A stretch of DNA of 32,034 bases from Squatina squatina (Eukaryota): the NCBI GenBank assembly GCA_031763465.1, contig JARFOE010000001.1:20258906-20290939 (forward strand). Reading direction: 5' to 3'. Positions 23,583 to 32,034 of this stretch are shown here, piece after piece. The notes under the pieces were generated by a model, which did no database searches, was not told the DNA's origin, and saw only the letters and a list, made by a program, of their open reading frames with translations. How positions within the stretch are numbered: position 1 is the first letter of the stretch; each line of letters begins with the position of its first letter. A program made the translations under genes and the position numbers.

Positions 23583-24148
23583 CTTTTGGATCTGGTACAG
23601 GCCGAGCCAGAACTGGCCAGAGCCGTTCTGATCTGGAAACTTCAGCAGGCAGAACTCCTCGTTGGAGAAGGTAGAGGTTGTGGAGAAAACGGCGTGGGGA
23701 ATGGTAGCCAAGATCGCAGAAATCCAGATCAGGACACTCAGCCATCTGGCGGAGCAGCCGGGAAATCTCCTCTTGGGCTTCAGTGCCGACGCCACTGACC
23801 AATACCTCGCAATGCTCATGGCGGTCAGGAAGAACACGCTGGCGTACATGTTCATGACCGTCACCGAGGAGACAAGCTTGCACATGACCTTCCCGAAGGG
23901 CCAGCTGAAGTCCAAAGCGGTGTCCACCGCCCAGAAGGGAAGGGTCAGGACGAACTGAAAATCGGTCACTGCCAGACTGGTCACGAACAGGTTAATCGAA
24001 GATTTCTTCCAGCCTTGCCTGCTCTTCATGAGGTAGAGCACCAGCACGTTGCCAACCAGCCCCAGAGCGCAGACCACCGAGTAAACGATGGAGATGGTGA
24101 TGCGCACGGCGGCGGACCCGTCTCCAATGATGCCCTGCTCATCCACGT
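23583..24148 (-). CDS. RXFP3: RXFP3 TM1-TM4 and ECL2; N-terminus in gap, 3' end truncated
   Basis: VVCALGLVGNVLVLYLMKSRQGWKKSSINLFVT...TDFQFVLTLPFWAV...MNMYASVFFLTAMS.ARY.SVASALK...FWLGLYQIQK, then homology ends and a stop follows at 23559. Confidence 0.93.
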
Positions 24149-24999
24149 NNNNNNNNNNNNNNNNNNNNNNNNNNNNNNNNNNNNNNNNNNNNNNNNNNNN
24201 NNNNNNNNNNNNNNNNNNNNNNNNNNNNNNNNNNNNNNNNNNNNNNNNCCCAAAGTAAATTAGAAACTCATGAAATCAGACTACCTGTTTGACAGTGCCT
24301 GCTGTTTTGGTAACTCCAAGCCCATTGCTACATTTGCAAAACGTTTAAATGATGTGAGCTTCATGTGCGTTCCTGTGTGAAGATTACGTTGTATGAACCT
24401 TTCTATGGTAAATAGTATAGAAATGATTGTAGAGTATTCACAGTCCGTTATGATGCCAGATGCTGTCATCTTGGGCTGTTCTAAACTGTTACATTTCTGT
24501 CATCTGCTCCTTTCCCCAAGAAAAAAACTAATTCTGTTTGGAAGTATTTATTTCTTCTCTTTCCCCTGCTTATTTTGTAACATTTTCTGTTTCCTTCTTA
24601 GGTACTACCAGCTCTTTGCACTATTCCCTGAGATGGGCTGGGCAAGTGACCTATTCTTAGGTCTCTCACTGTCCCTCTCTTGATCTGAGCTAAAATTTCA
24701 CCTTCGCACTTAGTATAGTGGAATCATAAATCCATTCTTTAGTCACAGAGGACATCTTCCCCAATAGCATTTTAATAGGGATTTTCTAACTGAGATTTTG
24801 CCTGAGATCCAGGGATCACAGCTTTGATAACACTACAACCAGTGATTATGTGTTCTCTGAAGTACCCACAGACATTAAAATGCCGATTATTTGTTCTAAA
24901 AAAGATGGATATAATTTGAAATCTTTCAGAAAAGAAGTACACTACTTCATTGTTTATATGGCTGATGAAATACCATTACATGTGCTGTTATTATTGCAG

Positions 25000-25143
25000 T
25001 TTTGGCATTCAACATGATGGACAGGGTAATGACTGTGAACCCATGGAGAAGCACCACTTCATCATGTCTCGACAGTTGCAATATGATCACTCTCCTCTCA
25101 TATGGTCCCACTGCAGCAAAGATTACATCACACGGTTTCTGGA
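25000..25143 (+). CDS. ADAMTS12: ADAMTS12 metalloprotease-domain exon (third Zn His and Met-turn)
   Basis: ttgcag|T TTT GGC...CTG GA|gtgagt; 144 nt; [14 protein letters not shown]....IMSRQLQYD...WS.CS..YITRFL. Confidence 0.94.
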
Positions 25144-26272
25144 GTGAGTAATTTATTTAACATAAGACGTTTTATAATTTGAAGTGGATTCTCAATTTTC
25201 AGTTTTGTTTTGCTTGCAAATTGCCTCATTTTTCATGGAGAAAACTGTTCTGTTGTGGTATGACATGTGAAGACTTTATGGAGCAGAAATGAAAGAAAGC
25301 GGTAATTGCGGATGAAAAATTACAAAGTTGCAGAATTTCTTGAAATCCTATAAGGCTGTAATTCCCAGTCCTGGTTCATAATAGTAGGACCAGAGCATGG
25401 AGGAGTTAATGTAATGTCTGCTGACTATTTGACCAGGANNNNNNNNNNNNNNNNNNNNNNNNNNNNNNNNNNNNNNNNNNNNNNNNNNNNNNNNNNNNNN
25501 NNNNNNNNNNNNNNNNNNNNNNNNNNNNNNNNNNNNNNCTTAACCCTCCGGGAGAGCTTCATTAAGGGTGGGCAATCTGCACCACCAGTTATTGCCAAGG
25601 TGCTGAAGATGAAAATCTATGGAAACCTGCAAAAAACATAGAATTCTAGCCTAAAGATATTACAATCACATCTCTGTAATTAAAACACAATTTGACTTAT
25701 TCAGTCACTGTAAACCAATCAGAGTACATTGTATACTACAAAACATAAAAGAGAATACCTTCTGACTCACCATGGGTAACACAGTAGGGGATCAGTACTT
25801 TCATATATTTATAGTTATAATATTGCATTGTGGAATTATTAGACACTTTGAATTGCTATTCCCATGGCTGGATGTGACCAGCACCACAGTAGATTTATTA
25901 TTTTTAAATAAATATTCATAGATACATAGAGGCTTAAACATCAATGATGGCAGTGCATAGATTATTTTTTTAATATTTTAAAAGCTAATGTTGGTTAGCT
26001 AGCAACTATCTTTTGATAAATGTAGCTCTGAAGGAGATTATGATTTCATTCATTGTAATTTCATTTCATTAACTGGCATAACATTTTCAAGAACGATTCT
26101 CCTTAAATTGCTGGTGATAACATTAATTAGGATCAGAGATGTAAGCATAAATTCTTTGATCTGGTGATCCCAGCAGAAAGCTATTCATGAAGGAATGTGA
26201 GTCAGAATTGACACTGCAGTGTTATATAAATACACATTCTTTCTTTCTTCCTTCCATCTTTCCTTCTTTCTC

Positions 26273-26479
26273 AGCATTCGCAATAAGGTAGATGAATCAA
26301 CAGCGCAAATAGATGTAAATGGGTATGATATAGTTGCTATTATGGAGACATGGCTGCAGGTTGATCAAGGCTGGGAACTAAATATCGACATTTAGGAAGG
26401 AGAGGCAAAAAGGGAAAGGAGGTGGGGTGGCGTTGTTAGTAAAGGATGAAATCAGTGCAATAGTGAGAAAGGATATTGG
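26273..26479 (+). mobile_element. CR1 LINE endonuclease-domain fragment
   Basis: SIRNKVDE...YDIVAIMETWL...KGKGGGVALLVK, APE endonuclease motifs with a frameshift. Confidence 0.85.
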
Positions 26480-27377
26480 NNNNNNNNNNNNNNNNNNNNN
26501 NNNNNNNNNNNNNNNNNNNNNNNNNNNNNNNNNNNNNNNNNNNNNNNNNNNNNNNNNNNNNNNNNNNNNNNNNNNNNNNNNNNNNNNNNNNNNNNNNNNN
26601 NNNNNNNNNNNNNNNNNNNNNNNNNNNNNNNNNNNNNNNNNNNNNNNNNNNNNNNNNNNNNNNNNNNNNNNNNNNNNNNNNNNNNNNNNNNNNNNNNNNN
26701 NNNNNNNNNNNNNNNNNNNNNNNNNNNNNNNNNNNNNNNNNNNNNNNNNNNNNNNNNNNNNNNNNNNNNNNNNNNNNNNNNNNNNNNNNNNNNNNNNNNN
26801 NNNNNNNNNNNNNNNNNNNNNNNNNNNNNNNNNNNNNNNNNNNNNNNNNNNNNNNNNNNNNNNNNNNNNNNNNNNNNNNNNNNNNNNNNNNNNNNNNNNN
26901 NNNNNNNNNNNNNNNNNNNNNNNNNNNNNNNNNNNNNNNNNNNNNNNNNNNNNNNNNNNNNNNNNNNNNNNNNNNNNNNNNNNNNNNNNNNNNNNNNNNN
27001 NNNNNNNNNNNNNNNNNNNNNNNNNNNNNNNNNNNNNNNNNNNNNNNNNNNNNNNNNNNNNNNNNNNNNNNNNNNNNNNNNNNNNNNNNNNNNNNNNNNN
27101 NNNNNNNNNNNNNNNNNNNNNNNNNNNNNNNNNNNNNNNNNNNNNNNNNNNNNNNNNNNNNNNNNNNNNNNNNNNNNNNNNNNNNNNNNNNNNNNNNNNN
27201 NNNNNNNNNNNNNNNNNNNNNNNNNNNNNNNNNNNNNNNNNNNNNNNNNNNNNNNNNNNNNNNNNNNNNNNNNNNNNNNNNNNNNNNNNNNNNNNNAGAT
27301 GTAATTGTGAGTGACACCTTACCTCTCTTGAGAGAGGACTGACAGCAATTTTGACGGTATCCTATTATTAAAGTGTC

Positions 27378-27794
27378 CACTTGGCTCAGTAGTCTTGCCA
27401 ATGAGGCAAATGGTGTGGGTTCAAGCACCAGTAAAGGACTCGAGCACTTAGATCTAGGCTACCACTTCAGTGCAGCACCGAGGGAGTCTGTTGGATGAGA
27501 TGGTCAACTGAGATCCTCTCTGCCTTTCAGATGAATATAAAAGATCCCATGGCACTATTTGAATAATAGAAGGGAGTTTTCCCATTTGTCCCTCAACCAG
27601 CACCAGCAAAACAGATCATTTGGTTATTCATATCATTGCTTATTTTAAGACCTTGCTGTGCACAAATTGGCTGCTGCAGTTGCTTACATTACAACAGGGA
27701 TGGCACTTCAAAAAAAGTAATTCATTTGGCTGTGAAGCACTTTGGGACATCATGAGGATGTGAAAGATGCTCTACTAAAGCAAATTTGTTCTTC
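27378..27794 (+). mobile_element. Deu-domain SINE (SacSINE1-like), near full length
   Basis: tggctcagt A box, ggttcaagc B box, aaagatcccatggcactatttgaa core and tail, colinear with 8005-8440. Confidence 0.85.
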
Positions 27795-28081
27795 ATTTAA
27801 ATTAAAATGCACTCTGGCTCGGTAATGAGTACAGAGATGGTATGAGTTCTTCAACTGTGGCTTGGTATAAGTTAAAAGGTAGACAAGTGTATTTTCAAAT
27901 TTATTGTTGGCCACTGTAAAGAATGATATAATTTTCAATCCAGAGAACTTTCTGCAGTGACAATAGGATAATGTTAACAGGCAACGTATAGAATTGTGAA
28001 ATGTAACTTCACATTTAGGTGTCCATAGAAGCAGTATTGGAAACATCAGTGTTCTACTAAGGTAATTTTTCTTTTGACCAG

Positions 28082-28251
28082 TCCAAAGTTTGGCGGGAAG
28101 TACTGTACTGGAGAACGCAAACGATATCGTATTTGTAATGTCAAGCCATGTCTGCAGGAGACACCTACGTTCCGTCAGATGCAGTGCAGCGAGTTCGACA
28201 CAGTTCTTTACAAAAATGAACTCTACTCTTGGGTTCCAGTCCATCATGCTG
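28082..28251 (+). CDS. ADAMTS12: ADAMTS12 TSR1 end and cysteine-rich domain exon
   Basis: tgaccag|T CCA AAG...GCT G|gtatgt; 170 nt; [23 protein letters not shown]...[12 protein letters not shown]. Confidence 0.95.
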
Positions 28252-28565
28252 GTATGTAGTTCATTTAGATCGAATGTTTTAACTAGTAGTCCAAACGTGT
28301 ACACCTGGTTGAGACGAAAGGATAGATTTTATGAACCCTTGCACTCGTCACAGAGCTTTGAATGCTGGAGCGAATATTGAGAATTTAGATAGGAAGATCA
28401 GAGTGTCAACATGATTGTGTATCCACTAAAATTGATGGCTATAAATTTCTGCAGGGTGCACTTTCAGAATAATTACTATTGGGGCAAAGGAACCTTGAGG
28501 AACCTCTTTTAATCTTTTTTTTCTTTTTACACTGTAGTCAGTATCATTGTTTAATTGTCCAGTCA

Positions 28566-28768
28566 TAAATTCCTTCTCATACATTTCTGCCTCTCCACCT
28601 CCTCTCCTCCGTTAAGGCCTTCCCTAAAACCCATCTCTTTGACCAAGCTCCCGGTCACCTCTCCGACAACTTCCTCTTTTAGCATGGCATCGTTTTTCTC
28701 ATGCCTCTGTGAGGTGCCTTGGGACCTTTTTTTTGTATTAAACATGCTATACAATGGGAGTTGTTGTC
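28566..28768 (+). mobile_element. L2-type LINE 3' end
   Basis: cctctccacctc...ctaaaacccatctctttgaccaagct...tgtgaggtgccttgggac...gctata..gttgttgt; inverted relative of 29053-29232. Confidence 0.7.
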
Positions 28769-29052
28769 TTAAAATTGAAATAATTAGTGCAGTTTTGCCC
28801 TGGAACATCAATTCAATGGCTAACATTAAAATTATCCTCTTTAGTAAATGTTATTAAAGCTAAAATAACTTAGCCTATATAAAGAGGCACTGTAATATTT
28901 GGGGTTGGGAAAGACTTGATCAGATTTAATTGCTCAACTGGCTAAAAAAGTANNNNNNNNNNNNNNNNNNNNNNNNNNNNNNNNNNNNNNNNNNNNNNNN
29001 NNNNNNNNNNNNNNNNNNNNNNNNNNNNNNNNNNNNNNNNNNNNNNNNNNNN

Positions 29053-29232
29053 ATCAGACAAAAATTGACATCGAGCCAAAGAAGGAGACATTAGGGCAGG
29101 TGACCTAAAGCTGGGTCCAAGAGCTGGGTTTTAAGGAGCGTCTTAAAGGAGGAGAGCGAGGCAGAGAAGTATGCGGAGGGAATTCCAGCGCTTTGGGCTG
29201 TAGACGGCTGAAGGCACAGCCGCCATGGTGGG
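29053..29232 (-). mobile_element. L2-type LINE 3' fragment
   Basis: Reverse complement gives gccttcagc...ctggaattccctcc...ccttaaaacc...gacc, the L2 ORF2 end (WNSLP...LKT). Confidence 0.7.
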
Positions 29233-29410
29233 GAAAGGGGGTTGCACAAGAGACAATAGCTGGCGGAAACTATTATGAGAAATTTATTGGTTTGGGCTGC
29301 CTGTCATTGCAGCATATGTCATTGATAGACTCACTTTACAAACGATCGTACCAAAATGCTAATGTACTATTGATTTGTCTGTCTAAGTTTACATTCTCTT
29401 CTGTTTACAG

Positions 29411-29655
29411 GTTACGTAGATGTGGGTCTGATTCCTGAAGGAGCACGAGATATCTGGGTGGAAGAGATAGCTGAAGCAGGGAATTTCTTGGCCTTAAGAA
29501 GTGAAGACCCAGAGAAATATTTCCTCAATGGAGGGTTTATTATCCAGTGGAATGGAGACTATAATGCAGCAGGAACAACATTTAAGTATGAAAGAAATGG
29601 GAACCTGGAAAATCTAACTGCTCCAGGCCCTACAAAAGAACCTGTTTGGATTCAG
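29411..29655 (+). CDS. ADAMTS12: ADAMTS12 spacer-domain exon
   Basis: tttacag|GT TAC...ATT CAG|gtaatt; 245 nt; [14 protein letters not shown]...[26 protein letters not shown]...[10 protein letters not shown]. Confidence 0.96.
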
Positions 29656-29932
29656 GTAATTCATGCATCAGAAATCTAGAGAATGTTCCATTTTTGTTAT
29701 TATGCAAAAGGTATTTATATTCCTTTCATTTTGTATTTAACGTGCTGGACTATGTTTATCAAATGGGTTTTAAGTATATAAAAGAATTTTAATTAAGGGC
29801 CCATTTAAGTTGTTCATTGAAACACATCAATCAGTGGTATATACCCATGGGCGCAGATAAAATCCTGGTTAGAAATACTGTCTCAAAATTCCACCCACAT
29901 CTGCAAACAATTTTTTTGTATTGAATTATGCA

Positions 29933-30035
29933 GAAAGAAAAAAATGTGTGTTTATGTAGCGCCTTTAAGATCCTCATGATATTCCAAAGCATTTCACAGG
30001 TAATTAATTACTTTTGAAGCGTAATCACTTTGTTG
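29933..30035 (-). mobile_element. Deu-domain SINE 3' tail fragment
   Basis: Reverse complement matches the SINE tail (cttcaaaagtaatt...tgtgaaatgctttgg...gaggat...aaaggcgctacataaa). Confidence 0.65.
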
Positions 30036-30418
30036 TGTCGGCCTGAGGGATTTTCTTTTTGAAAAATCTAGGTGAAAGGTCCACCTTTTGGAGCTGAGGG
30101 TTCAAATGATGTGTCAAAATCATCGATTATGCCGAATATGATTACTTAGAAATCTGAGCTTCCATAAACACAAATAGTGAGGTTCCCATGCGTAAAAAGC
30201 AAGAACCTGCTTCACACAATAGCAGTACACAAATGTTCCAAGCCCCCAACGACAAAAATATTCAACCCCTCCTCCTCTGTCCTCCCTCCGCCACTCTTCC
30301 TCCCTCCTCAACCGTTTCNNNNNNNNNNNNNNNNNNNNNNNNNNNNNNNNNNNNNNNNNNNNNNNNNNNNNNNNNNNNNNNNNNNNNNNNNNNNNNNNNN
30401 NNNNNNNNNNNNNNNNNN

Positions 30419-30488
30419 CAACTAGGGATGGGCAATAAATACTGGCCTTGCCAGCAGCGTCCACATCCCAGGAACAAGTGAAAAAAAG
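30419..30488 (+). mobile_element. Non-LTR element 3' tail with A-rich end
   Basis: agggatgggcaataaatactggccttgccagc...cacatccca hairpin followed by an A run. Confidence 0.55.
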
Positions 30489-30489
30489 G

Positions 30490-30780
30490 AATCATAGAAT
30501 AGCACGGCACAGTAGGAGGCCATTTGGCCCATCGAGTCTGCGCTGGCCCTTTCGAAGAGCAATCCAGTTAGTCTCACTCCCCCGCTCCTTTTCCCATATG
30601 CCTTCAATTTTTTTCTCGTTCAAGTATTTATCCAACTCCGTTTTGAAGGCTATTGTTGAATCTGTATCCACCACCCTATCAGGCATTACGTTCCAAATCC
30701 TAACCACTTGTTGTGTAAAAAAGGTTTTTTCATACGTCGTCTCTGGTTCTTTTGCCAATCACCTTAAATCTGTGCCCTCA
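30490..30780 (-). mobile_element. CR1 LINE 3' end
   Basis: FFTQQVVRIWNVMPDRVV...FKTELDKYL, the CR1 ORF2 C-terminus, plus tail gggccaaatggcctcct...attctatgatt. Confidence 0.88.
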
Positions 30781-31269
30781 GTAGTCCATTACTAGTAATA
30801 ATTCACAGGTGTAGAAGTATTCAGTATTAGTTCACTATTGAGAATCTAAAACCTGACTTCTAAGCACTGCTGTACTGTATGTTGAGAAATGTAAGCTGTT
30901 ACAGCTTTAAAATTGCAATGTGACGAATGGAATGTTTGCTATATATTCTGCTATTTAGGAACGATACAGTTTTATCAGTTTAGGAATTCTTAGAAATGTT
31001 GATAAACTCACCTGCCAAAGAAAACTATCCAGAGTCAAGAACTGGGTGAAGTAATCAAGAAAAGAGTCTAAAAGAGTAACAAAGCAGAATAGATGATTTT
31101 CTAAATTGACCTTTAATTATTAGTACGAATCTGTGCGATAACAATATGCATCAAAGGTCTATTTATTTGCTATGGAAGTGAATTCATTGTGTTCTGCTTT
31201 GCATGCTGAGGCACATTGAAACTGCACTGTGTGATTGATCCCTTTTGATCTTTGCTATTTATTTTTCAG

Positions 31270-32034
31270 TGCTCAGTTACATGCGGAGGTGGCTTCCGCA
31301 CACGGACAGTGGCTTGCACCAGGAATAATAAAGAGCTCTGCAATATTTCCAAAAGACCAAACACAAAAGGCTTATGTGGTTTACGTAACTGCCCCATTGA
31401 TAAGAAAATACTGTTCCCTCTGCGGAAGCCCAAAGGTGGCAAAATTTTTACCAAAGACCTCCCTAATAAGTTGGGGCCAAAATTTGGCCCTAACCACTCA
31501 GGTGCAAAAGTTCAACCTAAGCCCAGACAAGTACTCGTCACAACTGAGCAGCCTCTTCCCGTCAACATCACTGTGCAGTCAGCTGGTAGAACAAGCCCTG
31601 TAACGACTACGCGTACCACCACAAAACAACAAATGCATTTGCAAAATAAACCCGACCCTAATCAGGAAAACAACAATGTGTCGCATGATGGACATTATGA
31701 TTACAACTTTATTACTATTCACCAAGATCTGACGTACGAGGATGATACCACTAATGGAAAGAGGGTCCCTGAAGCTGGAACCATTACACCTACAATTCAA
31801 ACTAAGAATGGGATACGCAGTACTACTGGTGAAACTGACAGCACCTCAGAAGATGATCACATTACCACAGAAGAGGTTGATGATCACCTTCCATTTACAG
31901 AAGAACCTCAGGTTAATCCCACAACAGATGAATATGGTGATGAAGTTGCAAAGATGACAGCAGCCCCGATCAATGCTGAGGAATCAACTTTGTATAATAG
32001 TCCACAGACAACACTTGTGACTACAGTAAAGCCT
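31270..32034 (+). CDS. ADAMTS12: ADAMTS12 large exon, TSR followed by the mucin-like domain; runs off the window
   Basis: atttttcag|TGC TCA GTT ACA TGC GGA; CSVTCGGGFRTRTVACTRNNKELCNISKRPNTKGLCGLRNCP, then an open Thr/Pro/acidic frame totalling 255 codons with no stop. Confidence 0.93.

Noticed and set aside
24602-24641. Exon-like 40-nt segment with a long pyrimidine tract, AG, and a GCAAGT donor-like site
   Set aside because: No similarity to ADAMTS12 in any frame and a non-canonical donor; unsupported without RNA data.
1-32034. CRISPR arrays, operons or prokaryotic defence systems
   Set aside because: The sequence is spliced vertebrate DNA with no repeat-spacer arrays.

Overview
Eukaryotic, vertebrate DNA. 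The repeat content (Deu-domain tRNA SINEs, CR1 and L2-type LINEs) suggests a cartilaginous fish, which is an inference. The scaffold is heavily fragmented, with many fixed 100-N gaps, so most genes appear only as scattered exons. The window holds the conserved gene block seen at human 5p13: RAI14 (-), C1QTNF3 (+), AMACR (+), SLC45A2 (+), RXFP3 (-), ADAMTS12 (+). Most exons were read from splice sites and several are absent from the ORF track. The main anomaly is RXFP3. Its TM1-ECL2 half stops abruptly in gap-free sequence. Its TM5-TM7 segment is absent and is replaced by a mu-opioid-receptor (OPRM1-like) exon 3 with its own splice acceptor, fused in frame to the RXFP3 C-terminal tail through the shared TM7 motif NSCLNPxLY. 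This is either a real inter-family GPCR chimera or, more probably in this assembly, a misjoin; reads or PCR are needed. Smaller points are a GC-AG first intron in SLC45A2, a canonical PTS1 (-SRL) on AMACR, and several hairpin or fold-back structures. All homology statements come from recalled protein sequences, not from searches.
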